A DNA stretch of 64,000 bases from Blastocatellia bacterium. GTDB taxonomy: Bacteria > Acidobacteriota > Blastocatellia > UBA7656. Made by a program: the position numbers and the translations under genes. Below are positions 46,212-55,370 of the stretch, piece after piece. The stretch is taken from assembly GCA_036505875.1 (NCBI GenBank), contig DASXSR010000324.1, forward strand, positions 2,225 to 66,224. The letters run 5' to 3'. Positions within the stretch are counted from its first letter, which is position 1. Every line of letters begins with the position of its first letter. The notes below the pieces were generated by a model. The model did no database searches, had not been told where the DNA came from, and saw only the letters and a program-made list of their open reading frames with translations.

Positions 46212-46955
46212 TTATCGACTCCTCGCTCGCTTTACTTTCCGACCAACGAAAGCGATACATCCCTCCGGCAATACTTGCTCTCCATACGCGTGAAGCGTTC
46301 GCACCTGAAAACCTGACTCGCGTAACTCCCTCGCCACCTCACCGCGATTGTAAAGCTGAAGCTGATGAAGCTCCTCGTCTCGCCGATAGAGGTTTCCGAT
46401 CTTACGAAAAGTTATGATCCGACGAGTCAGCCTGTTGGCAGCCTCGTCTTCTTCCACTTCGACAATAACCGCCCAGTCAAGTCCTGCTCGATGCTTCTGG
46501 CGCGGGCCTTTCCCACGTCCAGGCTCGGCAATGTCGAATACAAACACACCGCCTGGTTTCAGAGCCGAATAAACGCGACGAAAGAGGTTACGAAGCTGAT
46601 CGATGCTATTGATCTCGTCGAACAGGTAGTTCAGGCACTCGCCGAGCGACGTGACTGCATCGCAGACAGGAACTTCAACCTTGAGCAAAGATCCTACTCG
46701 GAACTCTGCTTTTGGCGCACGCTTGCGAGCGATCTCAATCATTGCCGGAGAAAGATCAATTCCGAGGACGTCGTAGCCGGCGCGCGAGAGCTCGCTTGCC
46801 CAGATTCCACTCCCGCAGCCCAGATCAACCACCAGACCGCTTGCTATGCCGGAGTTGTGAAGAATCTGGAGCAGGCCCGGCGCAGAGTTCTTGGCGAAGT
46901 CGCCAAATCCAACATCGTGAATGTAGGCGAGATCGCTGCTGTACGCTTCAACCAT
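46212..46955 (-). CDS. Class I SAM-dependent methyltransferase
   Basis: Motif I VVDLGCGSGIWASEL, plus DVLGIDLSPAMIEIAR. Confidence 0.85.
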   Translation of the reverse strand: MVEAYSSDLAYIHDVGFGDFAKNSAPGLLQILHNSGIASGLVVDLGCGSGIWASELSRAGYDVLGIDLSPAMIEIARKRAPKAEFRVGSLLKVEVPVCDAVTSLGECLNYLFDEINSIDQLRNLFRRVYSALKPGGVFVFDIAEPGRGKGPRQKHRAGLDWAVIVEVEEDEAANRLTRRIITFRKIGNLYRRDEELHQLQLYNRGEVARELRESGFQVRTLHAYGEQVLPEGCIAFVGRKVKRARSR

Positions 46956-47361
46956 TCTTTCAAAGTTGCATCGTTGGTGGTGGTCAGACCGGCTGCCTAC
47001 TGAACGTCAACACTGCCTTCACGAAGTATTCTGTCAGGCGGCGGTGTTCGCTGACTTCACACTTGCGCGAGACGACGATGCAGACCGAGTACTGCGCAAC
47101 ACATCATGGTGCAGCGAATACTAGCGCTGGCGAAAGTCGTCTTGCAACCGAATGGATTCGCGAAAGACCCGCGATCAAAGCGCAAGCGTGTTGCGACGCG
47201 CTGCAAACTTACGGTTTTCGCAACTGGACTAGTCTCGCCGGTGCTGCGATGAAAAATGATCAGGCCCAAATGGAAAACAGAAATCCTCTCTGATATACTC
47301 AACTCGATTTGAACGCAAAACCCCGTTTCGACCGTAGCCATGCGTCTGTGAAGGAGTTGCC

Positions 47362-48876
47362 ATGTACGAAAGAAGCGAACCCGCCGCACGCCAGCCTGAA
47401 AGTTATCCAACGTCACGACCTATCCGATTGATTATCACACTGATCGCAATCACTTGTCTTTCAATCGGTATCGCCGTAGGTGCAATGGTCCAGGAGATCG
47501 CGCGTGCCCGATCGGAAGACAACCGATTGACGATCAGCAGCACGGTTGCGACGCCTGACGCGTTGTCGGCGACCTTCGCGCGCGTGTCGCGAGACGTCGA
47601 ACCTTGCGTCGCCCACATAAAAGTATTCGAGAGTGAAGTGTACGCCCGCGAAGGCGCAGGTTCGGGCGTAATCGTTAACTCGGCTGGTTTCATCTTGACT
47701 AACGCGCATGTCGTCAGGCGCGCTAATAAGATCAGGGTCAAACTGTCAGACGGGACCGAAACCGACGCGAAGGTAATCGGCGTCGACACCCAGACAGACT
47801 TAGCTGTGATTAAGATCGCAGTCAGTAAACCGCTCCCAGTCGCGAGAATGGGCGATTCGGACAAGCTCAGCGTCGGCGATTGGGTGCTCGCCATTGGTTC
47901 GCCTTTCGGGCTCGAGCAAACTGTGACTGCTGGAATCATCAGCGCCAAAGATCGCGTGACCGGCAATGATGCGACGCCGTTCCAGCAATTTCTTCAGACG
48001 GACGCCGCCATCAACCCCGGTAACTCCGGAGGTCCGCTGGTTAGCCTAGCTGGCGAAGTGATAGGCATTAACACACAGATCGCGACCAACACCGGAGCTT
48101 ACAACGGAATCGGGTTCGCGCTTCCGTCTTCGACTGCCGTGGAGATTTACAATCAGCTCGCGACCGATGGTCGAGTGCGTCGCGGGTTCCTGGGCATCGC
48201 TCCGCAAGAAATAACACCGCAGATCACCCGTTTGAATAACATCCCGAGCGGCCAGGGCGTCGTTGTGAAAGACCTAACGAGTGAAACGAGCCCGGCTGCA
48301 CGAGCGGGCTTGCAAAGCGGCGACGTGATCACAACAGTCAACGGACAAAAAGTGGCGACCACGCGTGAGCTCATACGGCGGATCGCTGCCCTTCCGGTTG
48401 GCAGTGTGGCCGACATTGAATACGTGAGGGCAGGCCAGCGGCACATCGCGAAGGTGAAGCTCGAAGAGAGAAACGATTCGACAGAGGACCCGCTGAACGT
48501 TCGCCCGATACCGTTGCCTCGGAGTCCGCGACGAGCGCCGGAGAATGATGACGGAACGCAGCGCAAGAGCAAATCAATTTCAGGTCTTGGGGCCAATGTG
48601 AAAACGCTGACGCCGGAACTCGCTCGAACTCAGGGGCTGGAAGGCGCGCGAGGCGCGTTCGTTTTCAGCGTAGAGCCCGGAAGCCTCGCCGACGAAAACA
48701 ATCTCACGGCGGATGATCTCATCGTCGAGGCTAACAACAGACCGATCGCCAGCCAGGAAGATTTTTTGCGCTTCACCCAAGAGCTCAACAGCGGCAACGA
48801 TGTGGTCTTAAAGGTGTTGCGAAAGGAGCGCGGTCCGCTGCGACGCGCGTGGATCATTTCGTTCACGATGCCGTAA
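47362..48876 (+). CDS. HtrA/DegP-family serine protease with two PDZ domains (HtrA-1)
   Basis: N-terminal TM anchor. Catalytic triad context TNAHVV, DLAVIK, GNSGGPLV. Two PDZ-like regions follow. Confidence 0.88.
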   Translation: MYERSEPAARQPESYPTSRPIRLIITLIAITCLSIGIAVGAMVQEIARARSEDNRLTISSTVATPDALSATFARVSRDVEPCVAHIKVFESEVYAREGAGSGVIVNSAGFILTNAHVVRRANKIRVKLSDGTETDAKVIGVDTQTDLAVIKIAVSKPLPVARMGDSDKLSVGDWVLAIGSPFGLEQTVTAGIISAKDRVTGNDATPFQQFLQTDAAINPGNSGGPLVSLAGEVIGINTQIATNTGAYNGIGFALPSSTAVEIYNQLATDGRVRRGFLGIAPQEITPQITRLNNIPSGQGVVVKDLTSETSPAARAGLQSGDVITTVNGQKVATTRELIRRIAALPVGSVADIEYVRAGQRHIAKVKLEERNDSTEDPLNVRPIPLPRSPRRAPENDDGTQRKSKSISGLGANVKTLTPELARTQGLEGARGAFVFSVEPGSLADENNLTADDLIVEANNRPIASQEDFLRFTQELNSGNDVVLKVLRKERGPLRRAWIISFTMP

Positions 48877-48878
48877 GA

Positions 48879-48949
48879 GTGATGCGCGATCCGTAGTTCG
48901 TGAAGCAGTTCTTCGTTCGCGAATCACGCATCACGATTCACGCATCATT
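48879..48949. repeat. Family A inverted repeat (copy A4, degenerate), terminator-like
   Basis: Left arm GTGATGC GCGATCC GTAGTTC GTGAAGC, loop, right arm GTTCGCG AATCACG CATCACG ATTCACG CATCATT, then CTTTT (48950-48954). Begins 3 nt after the htrA-1 stop. Confidence 0.75.
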
Positions 48950-48965
48950 CTTTTACGAACTTCGC

Positions 48966-48995
48966 TTGACCCTCTCGGATCGACTGCTGTAAACT
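48966..48995 (+). promoter_or_regulatory. Sigma70-type promoter candidate upstream of carD
   Basis: TTGACC (48966-48971), 18 nt, TAAACT (48990-48995). This would give a leader of about 200 nt. Confidence 0.3.
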
Positions 48996-49198
48996 CCGAG
49001 TGGTTAGATCAGTAAAATGGGTGGGTCAAGATCGATTCAAAGATCGATCTTGCTCCAAAGGTTCAGGCAACTCCTCCGACGAGTTCAGTTCGCGGCTCGT
49101 TGTCAATAACAGAGTATTGATTATGTCAATGGGTAGTTCACCCCTGGAGCCCTCACTTCGAGGCGTATTTCCGTTCCAATGGTTACAAGGAGGTATCT

Positions 49199-49753
49199 GT
49201 GAGCTTCAAAATAGGCGAGAAGGTTGTGTATCCCAATCACGGTATTGGTGTAATCGAGAACATTACCCATACCGAGGTCGAGGGTCGCAGGAACAGCTTT
49301 TATCTGCTCAGGCTGAGGGGCACTGAATCGACCGTAATGGTTCCGATCGCCAACGCTCTGGAAATAGGCCTGAGGTCGCCAATCAACAACAGCCAGTGCG
49401 ACAGGCTGTTGAAAGCGCTCTCGGCGGACTTTACAAACCCCCCTATCGATTGGAAGGACCGCTACAAAGAATTCCAGGAGAGGATGAAGAGCGGGGACGT
49501 CTTTCACGTCGCGGAAGTATTGAAGAATCTCACTTATCTGTCCACGAGCAAGCCGCTTTCGTTCCGCGAGAAGCGGATGCTCGAACGCGCGAGATACTTG
49601 GTGATCAGCGAGCTTTCCATCGTGTGCCGCAAGTCGGAGTGCGTGGTTGAGCCGCTGGTGGACCAGGCGTTGCGCCAGTCTTGCTCGAAGCATACGCGCG
49701 CAGTGCCGGCGAGGCCATTCTCCAGGTCATCGCGGGCGGCAACCGCGCATTGA
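49199..49753 (+). CDS. carD: CarD/CdnL-family RNA polymerase-binding transcription factor
   Basis: GTG start with AAGGAGG upstream. FKIGEKVVYPNHGIGVIENI...FYLLRL...STVMVPI. Confidence 0.88.
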   Translation: MSFKIGEKVVYPNHGIGVIENITHTEVEGRRNSFYLLRLRGTESTVMVPIANALEIGLRSPINNSQCDRLLKALSADFTNPPIDWKDRYKEFQERMKSGDVFHVAEVLKNLTYLSTSKPLSFREKRMLERARYLVISELSIVCRKSECVVEPLVDQALRQSCSKHTRAVPARPFSRSSRAATAH

Positions 49754-49771
49754 GTCAGCGCTAGATCTTTT

Positions 49772-49797
49772 GGATGGGAGTAGGCCCACTCCCATCC
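49772..49797 (+). terminator. Stable hairpin 19 nt after the carD stop (no U-tract)
   Basis: GGATGGGAGT (49772-49781) pairs with ACTCCCATCC (49788-49797), 10 bp with a 6-nt loop. It is followed by (AAATC)x3, not by T residues. Confidence 0.45.
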
Positions 49798-49929
49798 GAA
49801 ATCAAATCAAATCATTTGCTCCGAACGCGATCCCTTTGCCGCGCAGGGTGACTTGTGTGTGCCTTATTATTCCCACAAGTCCCAAACATCTAATGGCGGC
49901 GAAGCGGCCCACGTGTTGACGTTAATCCG

Positions 49930-49959
49930 TTGACTTTTCAACTCGAGTCGCCCTAGAAT
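49930..49959 (+). promoter_or_regulatory. Sigma70-type promoter candidate for the ogg-like gene
   Basis: TTGACT (49930-49935), 18 nt, TAGAAT (49954-49959), about 35 nt before the TTG start at 49995. Confidence 0.35.
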
Positions 49960-49994
49960 TCTCGCGTCTGCACAGCGCCGAAGGTGCAACCCAC

Positions 49995-50636
49995 TTGACG
50001 TTGGAAGAGCTTAAGCGAATCCATTTCGATAAGCGCCGCGAAATAAGAAAAAGGTTGGCTGAGTTCAGGAAGGTGGGGCAGACGCGCTCCGCTGAGCGCT
50101 TCTTTGAAGAACTGACTTTTTGCATCTTTACCGCCGGCGCCAGCGCGCGAATGGGGCTGCGCTCTTTGGAAGGCGTTCGACCGGTTTTGATGAGCGGCTC
50201 GAAGCCGGATATTCAACTTGCGCTCGCCGGGCGGCACAGATTCCCAAACAGTCGCGCAGGTTACGTCTTTGAGACTCGCGAGTACTTGCGCCAAGGGTGT
50301 AATCTTGAACTGCCCGACGCGCTTCGCAGTTTGAAGGACCCGGACGAGCGCCGCGACTTTCTGGCCGCCAACCGAGACGTGCGGGGCATCGGTTACAAAG
50401 AAGCGAGTCACTTCTTGCGGAACGTCGGCTACTTTGGATACGCGATACTTGACAAACACGTGCTGTCGCGGCTGGCGGAGTTTGAGGTTATCGAAGCGCC
50501 CAAGCCTCCTTCGACGAGGACCGGCTATCTGGCAATCGAAGAAAAGGTGAAGCGCTTCGCCCAGTCCGTCGGGATCGACTTCGACGAACTCGACCTGCTG
50601 TTGTGGTATACGAAGACCGGAGAGATCTTAAAGTGA
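49995..50636 (+). CDS. ogg: 8-oxoguanine DNA glycosylase/AP lyase, Ogg2 (archaeal-type) family
   Basis: ELTFCIFTAGASA..., helix-hairpin-helix VRGIGYKEASHFLRNVG with the catalytic Lys, then AILDKHV with the Asp. Confidence 0.8.
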   Translation: MTLEELKRIHFDKRREIRKRLAEFRKVGQTRSAERFFEELTFCIFTAGASARMGLRSLEGVRPVLMSGSKPDIQLALAGRHRFPNSRAGYVFETREYLRQGCNLELPDALRSLKDPDERRDFLAANRDVRGIGYKEASHFLRNVGYFGYAILDKHVLSRLAEFEVIEAPKPPSTRTGYLAIEEKVKRFAQSVGIDFDELDLLLWYTKTGEILK

Positions 50637-52198
50637 CGGCTTGCAGTTGTCTGTTGGTCATCGTGCTCGCCCTCTCGGCGCTGGTTGCCGCGCCTGTCCG
50701 CGCAACGATTCCGCAACAACAGTTCAAAGAATACACTGACAAAGTGAACCGCGATGCAAGGAAGGCAATGCGAAGCGGCAGATACGATGACGCGTTGAAG
50801 ATCTACAGCCTTTTGATCAATGCCGATCCGCGAGACATTCAAGCTCGGCTGGGCGCCAGCTTCGCCTACCTGAAGAACGCGAACTATCTTCTATCCTTTG
50901 AGCAGGCTAGTGAGGCTGTCAGCCTCGACAACAACAACGCGCGCGCGCACGCGCTTGCGGGGATCTCATTGCTGAGGTCGGGCTTCATCAGAGCGGCGGT
51001 GGGCGAGCTTCAGCAAGCCATCACGCTAGACCCGAAAGGAGCTCTCGCCTACGGCGGCGCTGCAGAGATCGACTATTACGAGGGCCGAACGAAAGAGTCA
51101 CGCGAGAAGGCCTACTACGCGCACCGGCTGGATCCGGATGAGCCGGATTACCTGGTGACCTACGCGCGATCTTCGTCAAGACTTGAAGACTTCAAGGAGG
51201 CGGCCGACGCCTACCAAATGTTCCTTGAGGTTGCGCCGCTTACCGACACCGAGCGCCGTGACCGAATCCGCGGGTTGATCCAATTCTACCGTCAACTGGC
51301 GGGACTCCAGGTCCATCAAATATCCGGCGCGCTCATTACGGAAGTTGCTTTTCAACTGGGCGCCGATCGAAGACCTTACGTCCACTTGAAGCTCAATGGT
51401 CGCGACGCGACGTTTGTGATAGACACAGGATCGGGGTTCACGGTCATCTCGAAAGACGCGGCAAAGCGGTTCGGGGTCTCCGACATTGCCCGCGGCGGAA
51501 AGTCTCAGGGAATCGGCGGAACAGGCAAGTTTCAAATCGTCTATGGTTTGATCAAGTCGATTCAAATCGGTCAAGCAAGAGTGAAAATGGTCCCCTGTTT
51601 TATTCGTCCGTTTCACAGCACTAAAGATCGACCTCCCGAGGAACGGGCCGACGGATTCGTCGGACTGTCCATCCTGTCGCATTTTCTGACTGAGTTGGAT
51701 TACAAAGCGCTGCGAATGCGCCTGGATCGCAGCGATAGCCGCTCGTTGCCGGTTGCAGGGTCGCCAGGCGCCACTTTGGTTCCGTTTCGTACCACGCAGA
51801 ACGGGCTGATCAGCGTCGAAGCCGAGATCGACGGGAACCACAACGTCAATACTATTATCGACTCGGGCGCGAGCTCAACAGTGATCTCGGTAGCAGCAGT
51901 CGAGAGACTGAAATTACACGACCAGATAATCAAGGGCCAGACGGCGAGCGTCATCGGCGCGGCCGGAGTGACCGACAATGTTCAGATGTTGTTCATTCGC
52001 AAGTGCCGCGTAGCCGACCAATTTCAGAGCAACCTGAGGGCGCTGGTGTTGGATTTCGGCGCGATCAACGAGACCTCTGGCTTCGAGCAGAGCGGAATAC
52101 TCGGCGGGGACTTCTTGCGGCACTTCAAACTGACAATCGATTTCAACCGCGCGCAACTTGCGCTCCAACCATATGCCCTTGATGTGACCAAACAGTAG
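50633..52198 (+). CDS. Secreted TPR protein with two retropepsin-like aspartyl protease domains
   Basis: The GTG 50633 start overlaps the ogg stop (GTGA). Signal peptide VTACSCLLVIVLALSALVAAPVRA, then TPRs, then two clan AA motifs FVIDTGSGFTVIS and TIIDSGASSTVIS. Confidence 0.8.
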   Translation: MTACSCLLVIVLALSALVAAPVRATIPQQQFKEYTDKVNRDARKAMRSGRYDDALKIYSLLINADPRDIQARLGASFAYLKNANYLLSFEQASEAVSLDNNNARAHALAGISLLRSGFIRAAVGELQQAITLDPKGALAYGGAAEIDYYEGRTKESREKAYYAHRLDPDEPDYLVTYARSSSRLEDFKEAADAYQMFLEVAPLTDTERRDRIRGLIQFYRQLAGLQVHQISGALITEVAFQLGADRRPYVHLKLNGRDATFVIDTGSGFTVISKDAAKRFGVSDIARGGKSQGIGGTGKFQIVYGLIKSIQIGQARVKMVPCFIRPFHSTKDRPPEERADGFVGLSILSHFLTELDYKALRMRLDRSDSRSLPVAGSPGATLVPFRTTQNGLISVEAEIDGNHNVNTIIDSGASSTVISVAAVERLKLHDQIIKGQTASVIGAAGVTDNVQMLFIRKCRVADQFQSNLRALVLDFGAINETSGFEQSGILGGDFLRHFKLTIDFNRAQLALQPYALDVTKQ

Positions 52199-52437
52199 CA
52201 GCGCCACGGCACGGAAAACCAGCTTCGAGTGACGGTGCAAGGAGAGAGGGAAATCATGTTGGCAGGCGAGTGACGAGCGGCAAAAGTCACAATATCAAGC
52301 CTGACACGTCCGCTCGCTGTCTCCCGTGTGTGCTGATCAAGACGCTCGATGACCGCGCGGCTTCGGTGCGGGACTCTGCAGCAAACTCCTCAGGGTAACG
52401 CGACAGGTCCAGCTTCTCTTCATCTCGGAACATTTAT

Positions 52438-52722
52438 CTAGTTGGCTTTAGCCGCATTATCCGGGCTAAGCTGTTCAGTTCCAGAGTGGACTATCTCAAT
52501 TGGCAAATCGCAATCCAAGGTGGCCAGCGCTCTCCGCACAGCCTCATCGTCATTGTGCGTGGCGGTAGCAACGAGGTCCACTCTTATTCGAGGCGGGACC
52601 CCTAAACGGGTGTACACACGCCGCACACTGGGCATATGCGCCAATCGTCGAGCGACTTGATCTTGGACTTCACGCAGGTTCATTTGATGAAGCTTCAAAG
52701 TATCGAATTCCTTAAAGATCAT
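52438..52722 (-). CDS. Hypothetical 94-aa protein translationally coupled to the S1 protease
   Basis: Its ATG overlaps the protease TGA (ATGA at 52722-52719). No motif recognised. Confidence 0.55.
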   Translation of the reverse strand: MIFKEFDTLKLHQMNLREVQDQVARRLAHMPSVRRVYTRLGVPPRIRVDLVATATHNDDEAVRRALATLDCDLPIEIVHSGTEQLSPDNAAKAN

Positions 52723-53663
52723 AACAGCGCAAGGTGATAGACGTCCATGACTTGTGATATTGGGCAGGCATAAGAGACTTTAGCAGTCTTCCGCGTTCCG
52801 CCGATTTTTCGAGTGATCTCGCCGCTGGCGACGTGGAGTCCAAAGATGGTACGGTCACCTTCTTGGTAAATCGCGCTTCCCGAATCACCGGGTTTAGCGA
52901 ACGGTCGACGACCGTCTGACCATTCAATTTCAATCATGTTATCGAACCGGTGGTTCCCGGCTCCAGGAATCTCAATAGTGACGTCATTTATGCCGACCGA
53001 AACATTCTCGGCGGGTTCGCTCGTGTAGCCAGTGGTCCTTCCAATTTTGGCGATGCGTTGGTCGAGCTTAAGATCGAACGGATCGACAATGGATTCAAAC
53101 GCCTGGCCGGCATCGGGCGCGCCGCTTTCAGGCGAGATCACATTCTCGTTAATATCGACTTCGTCCTCCAGAATGCAGTAGGCGGCGTCTATGTAGTTCG
53201 AGCCGATTCGAGTAAGTGCTCTGAAATTTGCAAGCCTTCCAATCCGATTTTGGGTATCGGCTGCCAAGTCGGGCGGGCCCGGCTGGTAAATCCATTGTCC
53301 CGCATTGGCCTCATTTACCAAGGCAAGCACATGATTGCAGGATACGGCGGCGACGCCGTTGGCAGCGCTGGCGAATAGCCCGATAGTTCCCGGCCCGCCG
53401 TCGAGATGTCCTATGGAATACCCGATTGAAAGCGGGCGGAGATGTTTGGTCCCGAAACTGCCGCGGGATCCGGTTTCGGCTACAGCCTTTTGAGAGGGCA
53501 CCGTTAGTTCAGAGGATTCGGCGGATTTGACTGATTGCTCTCTTCCCCCAACCTCTGTGGTAGAATTAGTCGGCAAGTTGATGAAAAAGAGTCTGTACCT
53601 AGAGACTTCGGTGATCGGCGCGTATCTTGACAACGGCGAGCCGTTCCGCCGCGACCTGACCAT
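52719..53663 (-). CDS. Cytoplasmic chymotrypsin-fold (S1-like) serine protease
   Basis: Ordered triad contexts SCNHVLA (His), YIDAAYC (Asp) and PGDSGSAIY (Ser). No signal peptide. The 5' end is uncertain: ATG 53663 would overlap the divergent PIN gene by 83 nt, and GTG 53501 is an alternative. Confidence 0.7.
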   Translation of the reverse strand: MVRSRRNGSPLSRYAPITEVSRYRLFFINLPTNSTTEVGGREQSVKSAESSELTVPSQKAVAETGSRGSFGTKHLRPLSIGYSIGHLDGGPGTIGLFASAANGVAAVSCNHVLALVNEANAGQWIYQPGPPDLAADTQNRIGRLANFRALTRIGSNYIDAAYCILEDEVDINENVISPESGAPDAGQAFESIVDPFDLKLDQRIAKIGRTTGYTSEPAENVSVGINDVTIEIPGAGNHRFDNMIEIEWSDGRRPFAKPGDSGSAIYQEGDRTIFGLHVASGEITRKIGGTRKTAKVSYACPISQVMDVYHLALL

Positions 53664-54045
53664 ACGCTGGTGGGAGCATGAACTCGCTGACTATTCGCCT
53701 TACATTTCACCGTTGGTTGTCCGAGAACTCGAGCGCACCGAGGAGCCACGCCGGTCTGCGTATCTGAATCTAGTCCGAGATGTGCCGAAGTTCGAGATCA
53801 GCGAGGAAGCGGCTATTCTTGCCGACGGATACGTGTCGCGCGGGATATTTCATCGCAAGTACGTGGCAGACGCGCTGCACGTGGCAATCGCCTCGGTTAA
53901 TAAGGCTGATCTGCTGGTCACGTGGGATTTCGGATACATCGCGAATGTGCACCGGCAAGCGCGGGTGCAGTTATTCAACACGATTGCAGGGTTTTTCGTA
54001 CCGATGATTGTTACGCCCGAGTTTTTGATTAACGCGGAATTCTGA
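53581..54045 (+). CDS. PIN-domain (VapC-like) putative ribonuclease
   Basis: Start at ATG 53581. Acidic residues at PIN positions (LYLETSV, VVRELER, ADALHVAIA, LLVTWDFG). Confidence 0.6.
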   Translation: MKKSLYLETSVIGAYLDNGEPFRRDLTIRWWEHELADYSPYISPLVVRELERTEEPRRSAYLNLVRDVPKFEISEEAAILADGYVSRGIFHRKYVADALHVAIASVNKADLLVTWDFGYIANVHRQARVQLFNTIAGFFVPMIVTPEFLINAEF

Positions 54046-54048
54046 GGG

Positions 54049-54092
54049 TTCGCGATGCGTGATCCTGAAAGGAGTCACGCATCACGAATCAC
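54049..54092. repeat. Family A inverted repeat (copy A5, short)
   Basis: Left arm TTC GCGATGC GTGA (tcc), 12-nt loop, right arm TCACGC ATCACGA A. 14-bp stem with one mismatch (54049-54062 with 54075-54088). Followed by TCTTTACTTTT, then the ATG at 54104. Confidence 0.75.
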
Positions 54093-54103
54093 TCTTTACT
54101 TTT

Positions 54104-54319
54104 ATGTATCGGAAGCCGAGATTTCTGGAAGAGCTGCACGCCATTCGCGAAGAAATGTCTCGCGAGTGCGACTACGACGTTGACCTGTTCGCCGAGATGG
54201 TTCGCTCCGGCCAACGCCCGCGATTCGGAGCCGCCAGAAACGTTCGCAGCGTTCGTGCGCGAGCGTCGCTCGCGCACAGCCAGGACGCAAACACAAGATC
54301 AGGACAAGGGAATGATTAA
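54104..54319 (+). CDS. Small protein downstream of PIN (possible cognate partner)
   Basis: 71 aa, MYRKPRFLEELHAIREEMSRECDYDVDLFAEMVRSG... The N-terminal half looks like a small helical antitoxin-type protein, and the C-terminal half is low complexity. Overlaps the htrA-2 start by 8 nt. Confidence 0.4.
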   Translation: MYRKPRFLEELHAIREEMSRECDYDVDLFAEMVRSGQRPRFGAARNVRSVRARASLAHSQDANTRSGQGND

Positions 54320-55367
54320 GAGATCCTTCGGTTTAACAATGCTTGGGATGTTGACCGCGACGGTCGTGAGCGTTCGCGCCGAGCCGAGTCGCGATCAGGG
54401 CAAGACCGTGCTGCTCGATGTGCCGTCGATCGCTGAGCGTGTCAACGAAGTAGTTGTTAACGTGCGCGCTCTGTCGGAGGGCGGCGAGAATCTCGGAAGC
54501 GGATTCATAATCGATAAGCGGGGATTGATCGCAACTAACTTTCATCTGATCTCGAATGCCGAGCCTCGCCGCGGGTCGAGTCAGCGCGGACCCGAAGGTA
54601 AGACGCCAGTCAAGCTTTCGGGCAGCGTGACGGTGACGTTGCACGACGGCCGCCAATTTCCAGCGTCGATCAAAGGTTACGACGAAGCTACCGACATTGC
54701 TTTGCTCGAAATCGCGCCGGCCGGAGCGTCGCTTCCGGTTGCCGATCTTGGTGACAGCGATTCGCTGAGGGTGGGCGAGTGGGTAATCGCGATCGGCAAC
54801 CCGCTCGGACTGGACCACACGGTCACGCTCGGAATCCTCAGCGCGAAGGGTCGAACAGGATTCGGCGGACAGTTCGATGATTTTCTGCAGACGGACGCGG
54901 CGATCAACCCAGGGAACTCCGGCGGTCCTTTGTTGAACGCCCAAGCCAAGATTGTGGGCATCAACACCCTTGTGCTCGAGCGCACGCAGGGGTTGAGCTT
55001 TGCCATTCCGATCAACACTCTCAAGTCGATAATGCCGCAGTTGATCGAGCGCGGTCGAGTGGCCCGCGGATTTCTGGGCGTCGAGACGCGAGACATCGAT
55101 GCCGACGTTCGAGGGGCACTGAAGTTGGCGCCCGATGCGAAGGGCGTCCTTGTGATCCGCGCCGAGCGCGCAACGCCCGCGGCGCGAGCAGGTCTCCGCA
55201 AGGATGACTTGATTACACTGGTGGATGGCCAGCCAATCACTTCCTACGTCCAGTTCAACCGAATCGTTGCCGCCAAGCCTCCCGGAACTAAGGTCGCTAT
55301 CCGCATTCTTCGCGACGGCCGCGAATACACGTTGAATGCGGAGATCGGCGAGGAGACGAAGAAATGA
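54312..55367 (+). CDS. HtrA-family serine protease with one PDZ domain (HtrA-2)
   Basis: Start at ATG 54312 with signal peptide MIKRSFGLTMLGMLTATVVSVRA. Triad contexts TNFHLI, DIALLE, GNSGGPLL. Confidence 0.88.
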   Translation: MIKRSFGLTMLGMLTATVVSVRAEPSRDQGKTVLLDVPSIAERVNEVVVNVRALSEGGENLGSGFIIDKRGLIATNFHLISNAEPRRGSSQRGPEGKTPVKLSGSVTVTLHDGRQFPASIKGYDEATDIALLEIAPAGASLPVADLGDSDSLRVGEWVIAIGNPLGLDHTVTLGILSAKGRTGFGGQFDDFLQTDAAINPGNSGGPLLNAQAKIVGINTLVLERTQGLSFAIPINTLKSIMPQLIERGRVARGFLGVETRDIDADVRGALKLAPDAKGVLVIRAERATPAARAGLRKDDLITLVDGQPITSYVQFNRIVAAKPPGTKVAIRILRDGREYTLNAEIGEETKK

Positions 55368-55370
55368 TGA

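Noticed and set aside
47079-47293. 71-codon ATG ORF within the long htrA-1 upstream gap.
   Set aside because: Its third codon positions are AT-rich, unlike neighbouring genes. There is no SD. It is the tail of a shadow ORF running out of the methyltransferase gene.
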